Positions 47,590-56,693 of a stretch of DNA of 64,000 nt are shown piece by piece. Position 1 is the first letter of the stretch. Each line of letters starts with the position of its first letter. Location: the NCBI GenBank assembly GCA_041946735.1, contig JBHGAY010000016.1, forward strand, positions 1 to 64,000. Direction: 5' to 3'. Origin of the DNA: Candidatus Eiseniibacteriota bacterium. Lineage in GTDB: Bacteria; Eisenbacteria; RBG-16-71-46; CAIMUX01; VGJL01. Made by a program: the position numbers and the translations under genes. Under the pieces are notes generated by a model. The model was not told where the DNA came from and searched no databases. It was given only the letters and a program-made list of their open reading frames with translations.

Positions 47590-49587
47590 TCATGCCACCA
47601 GGACCGCATTCAGCTTGCACACTTCCAGACAGGTGCCGCAGCCGATGCACTTTTCCTGGATCACGTAGTGTGGACTCTTCGGCGCTCCGAGGATTGCCTC
47701 GGACGGGCACTTCCGGGCGCACAATCCGCAGCCCTTGCAGGCGTCTGGATCGATCGAGTAGGTCACCAGCTCCTTGCAGACCCCGGCGGGGCATCGCCGC
47801 TCGTAGATATGAGCCTCGTACTCGTCAGGGAACCAGCGCAGCGTCGAGAGGACCGGGTTCGGGGCGGTCTGCCCGAGCCCGCAAAGGCTCGTCTCCTTGA
47901 TCACCTCGGCCAGCCGGTTCAGGAGCATGACCCCCTTGAACCTCTGCAGCGCTTGTACGCCCGCCTCGCTGCGCCGTCCCCGCGTGATGCTTTGCATCAC
48001 CTCGAGCATGCGCCGCGTTCCCTCGCGGCATGGGATGCACTTGCCGCAGCTCTCTCGCTGGATGAAGTCCATGAAGAACTTCGCGACGTCGACCATGCAG
48101 GTCTCCTCGTCCATCACGACGAGCCCGCCCGAGCCCATCATCGCGCCGACCTTCTTCAGGGACTCGTAGTCGATGTCGATGTCCAGGTGCCTTTCGGGAA
48201 TACAACCCCCCGAAGGTCCGCCGATCTGCACCGCCTTGAAGGCCTTCTCCTTCGGGATGCCGCCGCCGATGTCGAAGACGATCTGCCGCAGGGGCGTTCC
48301 CATCGCGACCTCGACAAGACCGGTGCGCGCGACCTTCCCCGACAGGGCGAACACCTTTGTCCCCTTGGTGCCGGACGTCCCGATGGCCGAGAACCAGGCC
48401 GGGCCCCGATCGACAAGAGACGGGAGGTTCGCGAGAGTCTCGACGTTGTTGATGATCGTCGGATGGTCGAAGAGTCCTCGCACCGCCGGGAAGGGGGGAC
48501 GCGGGCGCGGCATGCCGCGTCTCCCCTCGATGCTGTTGATCAAGGCGGTCTCCTCGCCGCAAACGAATGCGCCCGCCCCCATCTTGATCGCGACGTCCAG
48601 GTGGAATCCGCTGTCGAGGATGTTATGCCCGAGCAGCCCGAGCGCACGCGCATCGGCGATCGCCTTTCGCAAGCGAGCGATCGCCAGCGGGTATTCGGCG
48701 CGCAGGTAGACATACGCCTTGCTCGCTCCAATGGCATAGGCGGCGATGGCGACTCCCTCCAGGAGCCGGTAGGGATCGCCTTCGATGACGGCGCGATCCA
48801 TGAATGCGCCCGGGTCTCCCTCGTCCGCGTTGCACACGAGGTACTTGGTGTCGCTCGCCGTCTTCAGGGCGATCTTCCACTTCGTGCCGGTCGGGAAACC
48901 GCCTCCTCCGCGTCCGCGCAATCCGCTCGACTCGACCAGGTCGCAGACATCCGCGGGCGCCATCGTGCGGATCGCGTGGGCGAAGGCCCGGTAGCCGCCG
49001 CGCGCGATGTACTCCTCGATCCGGCCCGGATCGATCAGCCCGCAGTTCGCGAGGACCCAGCGGGTCTGTGGCGCGAAGAAGGGATGCTGAGCCAGGCGCG
49101 GCACCCCCTCCCACGGTTCCAGACCTTCCTGATCGTGCTGCCCGAGAAGATGATCGGAGGGCGGCGATCCCCCGAGGGTGCGGTCGAGCAGGTCGACGAC
49201 TTTCTTCTGCGTGACCGAGTGGAAGCTGAGACGGCGCCGGCCGGGAAGCTGCACGTCGACTATCGGCTCAGCGGAGCAGAGTCCGATGCACCCGACCTCG
49301 ACGACTTCAACGTCGAGGCGCCGTTCCTCCAGATAGGCCCGGACGGCGGCAAGCGTCTTACCCGCTCCCGCTCCAAGCCCGCATGTGCCGGTGCCGACGT
49401 AGAGGATCGGACGCGTGGTGCTTGCGCGCCGATGCCGTGCAACCTCGGCAGAGCGGTGCTCGTGGCAGCCTTTGCTCTCGTGGCACAGCGGCCCGTTCGA
49501 GAAGCACTCGATCAGGTCCGGACAGGGACGATCGGGATGATGCCAGCACGCGTCGCAGCAGCGGAAAGTCGAGCGCTCCTCAGACAT
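47590..49587 (-). CDS. hydB: NADH/FMN-binding diaphorase subunit (HydB/HndC, NuoF-like)
   Basis: GLRGRGGGGFPTG, NADEGDPGAFMDR, CGEET, GGPSGG, ESCGKC.PCR, C-terminal 2x[4Fe-4S]. Confidence 0.95.
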   Translation of the reverse strand: MSEERSTFRCCDACWHHPDRPCPDLIECFSNGPLCHESKGCHEHRSAEVARHRRASTTRPILYVGTGTCGLGAGAGKTLAAVRAYLEERRLDVEVVEVGCIGLCSAEPIVDVQLPGRRRLSFHSVTQKKVVDLLDRTLGGSPPSDHLLGQHDQEGLEPWEGVPRLAQHPFFAPQTRWVLANCGLIDPGRIEEYIARGGYRAFAHAIRTMAPADVCDLVESSGLRGRGGGGFPTGTKWKIALKTASDTKYLVCNADEGDPGAFMDRAVIEGDPYRLLEGVAIAAYAIGASKAYVYLRAEYPLAIARLRKAIADARALGLLGHNILDSGFHLDVAIKMGAGAFVCGEETALINSIEGRRGMPRPRPPFPAVRGLFDHPTIINNVETLANLPSLVDRGPAWFSAIGTSGTKGTKVFALSGKVARTGLVEVAMGTPLRQIVFDIGGGIPKEKAFKAVQIGGPSGGCIPERHLDIDIDYESLKKVGAMMGSGGLVVMDEETCMVDVAKFFMDFIQRESCGKCIPCREGTRRMLEVMQSITRGRRSEAGVQALQRFKGVMLLNRLAEVIKETSLCGLGQTAPNPVLSTLRWFPDEYEAHIYERRCPAGVCKELVTYSIDPDACKGCGLCARKCPSEAILGAPKSPHYVIQEKCIGCGTCLEVCKLNAVLVA

Positions 49588-50056
49588 GGGCCACCACCTT
49601 CTTGCGGCATTCGTCGAGAATCTTCTTGATGCCGTCCGGTGTGACGCCGCCGTAGAACTCTCCGTTCACGGAGATCAGGGGGGCGAGACCGCAGGCGCCC
49701 ATGCAGGCGACGACCTCGAGGCTGAACATTCCATCCTTCGTGGTCTGCCCCGGCTGGATCTTCAGCGTCCGCTTCAAGGCCTCTAGAATGTTCGCGGAGT
49801 TCTTAACGTGGCAGGCAGTGCCGCGGCAGCACTGGACGTGCAGAAGTCCCGGCGCCTGGAAGCGGAACTGGTTGTAGAAGGTCGCCACCCCGTACACCTT
49901 GCTCGCAGGAAGCCCGAGATGGCGGCCGATCGCCAGCACCGTTTCATGGCTGAGGTAACCGCAGACATCCTGGATCTCCTGCAGGATAGGGATCAAGAAC
50001 TCGCGCCGCCGGTCCGGATAGCCGGCGAGGACCTTATCGACTTCCTTCGTGCTCAT
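49580..50056 (-). CDS. hydC: [2Fe-2S] thioredoxin-like subunit (HydC/HndA, NuoE-like)
   Basis: VYGVATFY, C.GTACH, ACMGACGLAP. Confidence 0.94.
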   Translation of the reverse strand: MSTKEVDKVLAGYPDRRREFLIPILQEIQDVCGYLSHETVLAIGRHLGLPASKVYGVATFYNQFRFQAPGLLHVQCCRGTACHVKNSANILEALKRTLKIQPGQTTKDGMFSLEVVACMGACGLAPLISVNGEFYGGVTPDGIKKILDECRKKVVAHV

Positions 50057-50696
50057 GGCTCTCTTCCCTGGCAACGGCCAGTCGGGCGAAGTAAGCGGTC
50101 TTTTCGAGGAACATGGTGATATCGAGCGACTCCAGGTGGACTCCGGGAGGAACGCGCAGAGGAATTGGCGCGAAGTTCACGAGTCCTCGGACCCCGCCGG
50201 CGATGAGCTGGTCGGCGATCGCCTGAGCTTCGGAAGCCGGGAGGGTGAGAATCGCGACACGGGGCCGGCGTTCCGCAAGGACCGAGGAAAGCTCGGCGAG
50301 GGGGCGGCAAGGGCACCCATGGACCATCCGCCCAACCTTGGACGGATCCGTGTCGAAGGCGGCGATGATCGGGAGCTTGCCCTGCCCTTGGAAGTAGGCG
50401 AGGATCGCCCGGCCAAGGTTGCCGACCCCGATCAAGACTGTCGCCTCCGCGGCCGCTGAGTCGAGGAACCGGTCGAGCGTCCTGGCCAGCTCTGTGAGGT
50501 CGTAACCGCGGCTCGGGGTCGCGGTGAACCCGATGCTCATGAGATCACGCCTCACCTGCGCCGCCGTAACTCCTGCGTGGGATGCGAGTTCATGGGAGTA
50601 GACCGCCATCGTGCCGCGGCGGATCAATCCCGAGACAAGCCTCCTGTACAGGCTCAGTCGGCCAACCACCTTCGCGTTCAACGGATTGCCGGCCAT
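50034..50696 (-). CDS. rex: Redox-sensing transcriptional repressor Rex
   Basis: RLSLYRR, QVRRDL, G..SRGY, GVGNLG.A, NFAP. Confidence 0.93.
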   Translation of the reverse strand: MAGNPLNAKVVGRLSLYRRLVSGLIRRGTMAVYSHELASHAGVTAAQVRRDLMSIGFTATPSRGYDLTELARTLDRFLDSAAAEATVLIGVGNLGRAILAYFQGQGKLPIIAAFDTDPSKVGRMVHGCPCRPLAELSSVLAERRPRVAILTLPASEAQAIADQLIAGGVRGLVNFAPIPLRVPPGVHLESLDITMFLEKTAYFARLAVAREESHEHEGSR

Positions 50697-50729
50697 CGAC
50701 TCCTCGGGGTTGTCGTCTGTGGAATGGCA

Positions 50730-50764
50730 CTGTGAACACAGTCACAGCGTGAACCATTTCACAA
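50730..50764. promoter_or_regulatory. Two tandem Rex operator boxes
   Basis: CTGTGAA-CACA-GTCACAG (50730-50747) and GCGTGAA-CCAT-TTCACAA (50747-50764) versus consensus TTGTGAA-N4-TTCACAA, just upstream of rex. Confidence 0.8.
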
Positions 50765-50768
50765 CGGA

Positions 50769-50797
50769 AGCATCGGCCAGGAGAAGGGCGATGTCAA
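50769..50797 (-). promoter_or_regulatory. Putative sigma70 promoter of the rex-hyd operon
   Basis: TTGACA-17 nt-GATGCT on the minus strand, directly upstream of the Rex boxes. Confidence 0.55.
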
Positions 50798-51061
50798 CTG
50801 CTTATTCGACCCGAGGAGCGGGGAAAGGAGACCTTATGCGGCTCGCGTCCCCCCCCGCCTCGATGGGGGACGGACACGAGCCTGACGTGGGAGGGAACCG
50901 CCCAGCGAGGGGGTGGCCGAACCGCCTCCTCCACCGGCCCCGATCTGACACCGCTGGGGTATACTCGACGGCGTCGAACCTGTGTTCACCCCTGAAGAGA
51001 TCGAACCGAAGGACTTGGGGGGTCCTTCCTCGGGTGCGTTCGGAAGCCAGAGGTAGCGAAG

Positions 51062-52588
51062 ATGAAGGCCGCAATCCGGTTCCTGTTCCTTCTTCTCCTG
51101 TGCATCGTCGCTGCTCTGCCTGCCGTTGCGGGCAAGAACGCGGGCGGCGCGCTGATCGTGCACACGAATGACCAGGCCAACTACTTCCGGGCCGGCTACG
51201 ACTACTGCGCGCCACCGTACGACGCCTACTTGCCGCCCACATGTCAGGAAGCGGTCACGCGCTCCGAGAAAGATCCTTCCCGGCAGGCCATCATCTGGTT
51301 CCTCGCGGCACTCCCCGCCTCATCGGAACCGGCGATCGCCGAGATTCGTTTCGGTGTCCGGCACAACCTTCCGATCAGCCAGGGGTTCGTGACCGCGAGC
51401 GGAGCATGCGGATTCCCGCCCATCCAGGCGCAAGACCCCGGCCCAGGTTTCCCCGACACGCCAGGAGGCAATCGCATCGTCTATGCCGCTCCCGTCGAGC
51501 ACACCTTCTTCCCGTTCTACTGGTTCGCCGTCTACGGCCTGCAGTGGGGATACTTCGGAACGGGACCCGACCCTCGAGCGGGATACGCCAGCTTCATCGA
51601 TGACAACACTCCTCCGGTGGAGGACCCGATCGAGCGCTTCGGTGAGGTTCGTTGGTACCAAGAGGGCTACAACCAGTGCCCCGATACCGCCATCGCCGCT
51701 TGCTGCCGTTCGGACGGGACCTGCGTAGTCGACGAGGTCGACCGGTGCCTCGCCGTCGGAGCCAAGGTGTACTACGGAATCCTCTCTTGCGATCCCGACC
51801 CATGCGGATTCGTGCTCGGCGCTTGCTGCACGGAGCTTCTTTGCACCGTAGTCAGTCGCGCCGTTTGTGAAGCAGCCGGCGGGGACTTTGCCGGGGAAGA
51901 AACGCTCTGTGATCCCTCCCCTTGCTCCGCGCCCGGAGCCTGCTGCCGGGGGACGACATGCTCCATGGAGCGCAAAGGAGTCTGCCTCGAGTTCGGAGGT
52001 TCGTGGAAGGGCGAGGGAGTGCCCTGCGATCCCAATCCATGTGACGTTGGCGCCTGCTGCTTCGACTCGGTCTGCACCGTGATCCTGCATGACGAATGCG
52101 ATGTGGCCGGGGGGCAGTTCGCAGGCAATGGATCCACCTGCGATCCGAATCCTTGCCTCGCAGGAGCCTGCTGCGTCGGCCACCAGTGCACGGTCGAGAG
52201 TCGCCACCAATGCAAGCTCGCCGGAGGCGAATTCCACGGTCCGGCAAGCCAGTGTTACCCGAACCCTTGCGGGCCGGAGCCCCCGCCGGGAGCCTGCTGC
52301 TTCCTCTCGTCTTGTACCGAGATGAGCGTGTTGCAGTGCGAGGTGGCGGGCGGCGAGTTCTTCGGCGAGGATGTGCCCTGCGAACCCAATCCGTGCCCGA
52401 ATCCGGGGGCGTGCTGCCTGCCGGATGGAAGCTGCGCGATCCTTCACAAATCAGCGTGCCTAGCCGCTGGCGGCGTGTGGACGACCGAGAACATACCGTG
52501 CGATCCAGATCCCTGCCACGCAGCTGGAGCGCAGCCGACGGCGGTGCAACCAACGACCTGGGGCCGCATCCGGGCGACCTATCGATAA
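51062..52588 (+). CDS. Secreted protein with seven GACC Cys-rich repeats and a C-terminal TTWGRIRATYR tail
   Basis: Signal peptide (AVA|G), repeat GACC-x4/5-C-x6-C-x3-GG-x-F-x-G-x4-C-x-PNPC. Confidence 0.85.
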   Translation: MKAAIRFLFLLLLCIVAALPAVAGKNAGGALIVHTNDQANYFRAGYDYCAPPYDAYLPPTCQEAVTRSEKDPSRQAIIWFLAALPASSEPAIAEIRFGVRHNLPISQGFVTASGACGFPPIQAQDPGPGFPDTPGGNRIVYAAPVEHTFFPFYWFAVYGLQWGYFGTGPDPRAGYASFIDDNTPPVEDPIERFGEVRWYQEGYNQCPDTAIAACCRSDGTCVVDEVDRCLAVGAKVYYGILSCDPDPCGFVLGACCTELLCTVVSRAVCEAAGGDFAGEETLCDPSPCSAPGACCRGTTCSMERKGVCLEFGGSWKGEGVPCDPNPCDVGACCFDSVCTVILHDECDVAGGQFAGNGSTCDPNPCLAGACCVGHQCTVESRHQCKLAGGEFHGPASQCYPNPCGPEPPPGACCFLSSCTEMSVLQCEVAGGEFFGEDVPCEPNPCPNPGACCLPDGSCAILHKSACLAAGGVWTTENIPCDPDPCHAAGAQPTAVQPTTWGRIRATYR

Positions 52589-52748
52589 CGAGCGATTCGG
52601 GCGGCAGTGGATCCGCGGTCCTCGGAAGCCGTCGCGCCCCTCAGGCGGTAAGGTTTTCGGCGCCTCTCGCGGCGAGCATCGCTGGGCGATTCAACGCCGT
52701 CCGCGCGAGCGTCTGAACGAGTCGGCCGTTGCTGGCCGCGCCGTCCTG

Positions 52749-54080
52749 CTATTTGATCCGCAGGACCGTGCGGCTCTCTTCGATCCCCTCCGCCCGCAGA
52801 CGAACGAAGTAGGTCCCGGCAGGCGCGCGGCGGCCAGAGCGATCCGAGCCATCCCATGTGAGCGAGTGTGGACCGGCCGAGCGCACCCCGGCGTCCAGCA
52901 AGCGGACGAGGCGGCCGGCCGCGTCGAAAACGGCGACCTGCGCGGTCGAGGTCCGATCGGTCGTGTAGTCGATCCGGATACCTGATGTGAACGGGTTGGG
53001 CTCGCAGCGCAGGGATCTGGGCGTCGGAACGATCGCGTCCTGCGTAACCTCCGCCGTGATCTCCCCGCCGGTCACGGTGTGGAGGATCGTGCCGTTGTCG
53101 CCGACGGCCGTGCCGACCCACGCGTCAACGAACTGGATGGCGTGGAGATCCTCGGTCGTCCCGCTCGGCTGCTCGGTCCACGAGGAGCAACCGTCCTCGG
53201 TTCTCTGAATCGCACCATCGTCCCCGGCCAGCCATCCAAGGTCAGAGGTCTCGAACCAAACGTCATGGAACCCGTAGTCGAACTGGCAGGCCTCGTCCCA
53301 GGAGACGCCTCCATCGGTCGTTCTTTCCAGCCCGCCGCCCGGAGGGAGATCCGACGCCAACGGTCCTCCGAAGCCGGTCTCGCCGTCGACGAAGCGCAGC
53401 ACATGCAGGATCTCGGTGTGCGACGGATTGCCGAACGTGTTGCAGCCATCGGTGGTCCGGAAGCACAGTCCGTAGCGCGAGTAGTCGTAGCGCGTGATCT
53501 CACAGGAGAGGACCGCCGTTGTCGCGGTGAACCCCGCAACGTCGAGGGAGGCGACGGAGCAGGGATGGCCGTCGTTCCAGCTCAGAATGTTCCGGCTCCA
53601 AGTCGCCCCGCCATCGGTGGTGACACCAACTCCACCGCCTGAGTACGGATACCCATAGGCGGTCCAGGCCTCCCAGACGGTGAGACTGTCGACCACCGAG
53701 ATTGCGCCCAGTGGCAGGGACTCATAGTCCCCTTGATGGACGACCATCCAGCTCATCCCCCCGTTCGTCGTGCGCAGGAGCGTCCACTGGTCGGCGGCGG
53801 CGTAGCCATTCTCGCGGTCGCAGAAGTCGATGTCGTGAATTCTCCCGGCGACTCCGGACTCCTGCTCGACCCAGTTCGTGCCTCCGTCGGTCGTGTGAAG
53901 GATCGTCCCACCGCTCCCGCCGATCCATCCGTAGGATGGATCGACGAAGTCGACGCAGCGAAGCGCGGCGGGAACGGGGGAGGTTTGCGGGTACCAGCCG
54001 GGCTCGGCACGCACGGCCGACGACATGGACAGAACGATCAACAAGGCGCACAGGTAAATCGACCGAGTTAGGGGAGTCAC
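52749..54080 (-). CDS. Secreted YCF48/BNR (Asp-box) beta-propeller protein with FlgD-Ig/T9SS-like C-terminal domain
   Basis: Repeated G.I..T.DGG..W boxes; PNPF..VFDAAGRLV..WDG.D..G..G.YF. Confidence 0.88.
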   Translation of the reverse strand: MTPLTRSIYLCALLIVLSMSSAVRAEPGWYPQTSPVPAALRCVDFVDPSYGWIGGSGGTILHTTDGGTNWVEQESGVAGRIHDIDFCDRENGYAAADQWTLLRTTNGGMSWMVVHQGDYESLPLGAISVVDSLTVWEAWTAYGYPYSGGGVGVTTDGGATWSRNILSWNDGHPCSVASLDVAGFTATTAVLSCEITRYDYSRYGLCFRTTDGCNTFGNPSHTEILHVLRFVDGETGFGGPLASDLPPGGGLERTTDGGVSWDEACQFDYGFHDVWFETSDLGWLAGDDGAIQRTEDGCSSWTEQPSGTTEDLHAIQFVDAWVGTAVGDNGTILHTVTGGEITAEVTQDAIVPTPRSLRCEPNPFTSGIRIDYTTDRTSTAQVAVFDAAGRLVRLLDAGVRSAGPHSLTWDGSDRSGRRAPAGTYFVRLRAEGIEESRTVLRIK

Positions 54081-54252
54081 GGCCGGCTCCTTTCTGAGGT
54101 CTCCACGGCGTTCTCACTGCAAGCATCGCTCCGGCGCTCCTGTTCGGGAGCGACCATCACAGTCTCTTCCAGGCGGTCCCTGGGTTCTCGCGGGGACAAT
54201 TATGCACGGGCTCGCCGGAGCATTCAAGGAATCGATTCAGTTGGGGGAGGCT

Positions 54253-54285
54253 GGAGCCGCATAGGAGCCGCATAGGAGCCGCATA
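54253..54285. repeat. 11-bp perfect direct repeat (GGAGCCGCATA x3) in a divergent intergenic region
   Basis: Seen directly. Confidence 0.85.
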
Positions 54286-54389
54286 TCACGACCCATTCAG
54301 GGCCGATCCGGGATCCCCCGGCCTGGACCGGCTCCCGCGGCAGGCATAGAATTGCGCTGCTCCTGCAACAGAGGAAGGAGGGAGCGATC

Positions 54390-56543
54390 ATGGGCCGCCT
54401 GTTGCTTCCGTTGTCGATCCTGTTAGTCGTCGCATTCTCGATTCCATCGAATGCGCTTGCGATTCCACCGGATACTCCGAGCTTTCTCTCCTCGACGTTG
54501 TGGAGCAATCCGAACTCTGTGCGCGTCCTCGACGACAAGGCCTACGTCGTCTATCCGAACGGTCTCGCCGTCTTCGACGCATCGGACCCCACAGCCCCGG
54601 TTCTACTCGGACGCACGTACTCACCCGGTTGGCTGTCACGTCTGGAGTTGATGTGGCCGTACGCGTTCGTCGGCTCGACCGACTGCATCCGAATTTTCGA
54701 CATCAACGATCCGAAGTCGCCGCGCCAGATCGGCAGATACCCGGTCTCGGGCGAGCTCGCTGACTTCGCCTTCGCCAAGAACCTGGCCTACATCGAGGCC
54801 GGCGACTACGAAAGGACACTCGAGATCGTCGACTTCAGCGATCCGACTGCTCCGACCCTGCTCGGTTCGTGCGCCGCACCCGGTTTCACCATCGCGCTCG
54901 CCGGCGAGTACGTCTACATGCCGGCGTACCACGACGGCGTCTTCGTGATTGATGTGTCCGACCCTCGGCAGCCACACGTGGCGGGTCGCTGGGAGATGGG
55001 AATATTCTCGACGATCCGCGTCCACGGGGATCGGGCCTACTGCATCTGGATCAGTGGCGAGAAGGTGCAGGGGGAGGACGGCGAGGATCTGCGAGACGAC
55101 AGCGGCGTGATGGTCTATGACATTTCCCAGCCGCTTGAGCCGGTGTACTTGGGGGAGTACCGAGCGCAATACAATGTTGAATGGGTGAGCGACATCTACT
55201 TCGACTGCGGGCTCGCCTACCTGACCCCCGGCCCTGGAACCGCCCTGATCCTCGACTTCGCCGATCCCGCGAATCCGCTCGTCGTCGGGAACCTGGTCAC
55301 CCAGGGCGACTTCCGCGATCTCGATTTCCTGTGCGGGACGATGTACGTCGCGGACGGCCGCAACGGTCTGGTCAGCGTCGACGTCAGCGACCCCGCCGAA
55401 CCGTCCGTCCTCGGGAGTTGGTGGGAGGCTTCCTACCCTTCAGGGATCTCCGTGGACGATCGGGCTGCCTACATTGCCGACGGGATTTTCGGCCTGCACG
55501 TACTTGACGTCCACGATCCCCTCCATCCTGTGGTGATCTCGCGGCTGCCGATGGTCGATCCCCCGGACAACCTGGTTGTGGCTGGCGATTATGCTTTCTG
55601 CTGGGACAATCAGACTGGAGTGGACGTCATCGACGTCGCCGACCTCGATCACCCTGAGCCGGTCGCGCACATGAACGTTCCGGCCAGCGGGCTTGCCCTC
55701 GCCGGCGACGTCGCGTATGTCGTCCGAAGCGCGCAGTTCACCTCGATCGACATCTCCGATCCCGGCCACCCCGCGGTCCTCGGTGGCTGCGCAATCCCTC
55801 CGTACGCGGGATACGATGTCTGCACGCACGGCGATCTAGCCTACGTTGCCAATGGAGACGCGGGCCTCGTCATCGTCGATGTCTCGGATCCGGCACACCC
55901 GTTCCGGCGCGGAACCTGCGACCTCTATGACCGGCCGTACAACGTCGTAACGGACGGCTCGGTCGTCTACGCGAGCCTCTCGTACTACAAGCTCGGGGTC
56001 TTCGACGTCACAAACCCGGACCAGCCTTACTTCGTTCGCGAGATCGTGCTCCCCGGAGGGATGGGGATGATGCGGATCGTCGGGGATCGCCTCTTCGTCG
56101 ACGCGACACCCGGGATCCGCGTCTATGACATCTCGGACCCTCGTGATCCGATCGAGGTCGGTAGCACGGACGTGATTGCCGGGAGGTTCGACATCCGCGG
56201 GCCGTTTCTCTACCTCGTCGGCGGCGGCTCGTTCGTCGTCCTCGGTCCAGCGGCGGCGAATGCCGAGGCGGAGAGCGCAAGCCTCGCAGATCTCCGGGTC
56301 GTGGCGACCGACCCCGTGAGCGCCGAGGCGAGAATCCGAGTGCATCTGCGCCGGCCCGGAAACCTGACCGTCTCGGTCTTCGACGTGGCCGGCCGTCTCG
56401 TCGCGACGCTGTTCGATGGCTTTGCGGAAGCGGGGGAGCACTCCCTTCGCTGGACGCCGGGCTCGGCCGCGGCGGGGGTCTACTTCGTACGCGCCGAGTC
56501 CCAGGGACGGTCGGCGAGCCGTATGATGCACCGCATCCGGTGA
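54390..56543 (+). CDS. Secreted LVIVD-repeat protein with T9SS-like C-terminal domain
   Basis: Signal peptide; many 'AYVA.G..GL.IVDVSDP..P' repeats; VFDVAGRLV..W..GVYF. Confidence 0.9.
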   Translation: MGRLLLPLSILLVVAFSIPSNALAIPPDTPSFLSSTLWSNPNSVRVLDDKAYVVYPNGLAVFDASDPTAPVLLGRTYSPGWLSRLELMWPYAFVGSTDCIRIFDINDPKSPRQIGRYPVSGELADFAFAKNLAYIEAGDYERTLEIVDFSDPTAPTLLGSCAAPGFTIALAGEYVYMPAYHDGVFVIDVSDPRQPHVAGRWEMGIFSTIRVHGDRAYCIWISGEKVQGEDGEDLRDDSGVMVYDISQPLEPVYLGEYRAQYNVEWVSDIYFDCGLAYLTPGPGTALILDFADPANPLVVGNLVTQGDFRDLDFLCGTMYVADGRNGLVSVDVSDPAEPSVLGSWWEASYPSGISVDDRAAYIADGIFGLHVLDVHDPLHPVVISRLPMVDPPDNLVVAGDYAFCWDNQTGVDVIDVADLDHPEPVAHMNVPASGLALAGDVAYVVRSAQFTSIDISDPGHPAVLGGCAIPPYAGYDVCTHGDLAYVANGDAGLVIVDVSDPAHPFRRGTCDLYDRPYNVVTDGSVVYASLSYYKLGVFDVTNPDQPYFVREIVLPGGMGMMRIVGDRLFVDATPGIRVYDISDPRDPIEVGSTDVIAGRFDIRGPFLYLVGGGSFVVLGPAAANAEAESASLADLRVVATDPVSAEARIRVHLRRPGNLTVSVFDVAGRLVATLFDGFAEAGEHSLRWTPGSAAAGVYFVRAESQGRSASRMMHRIR

Positions 56544-56693
56544 CGATCTCGGAACCGGAAGGGCCGATCCTGGCCGAGAGACGATCGAGGTGAGGAGCGT
56601 CGTTGCGGCGTCGCGCGCCTTCGACCCCGTAGGTGTCGGCCGCCCCACCGGGCAGAACCGGATCCTGCGAGCAAGGGGCTCGCTCTTGGCGTT

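Noticed and set aside
47590..50056. Respiratory complex I nuoEF
   Set aside because: Adjacent to an H-cluster subunit and maturases, with no membrane nuo genes.
51695..52516. CRISPR-like or DNA-level repeat array
   Set aside because: The periodicity is at protein level with synonymous divergence. There are no identical repeats with unique spacers and no cas genes.
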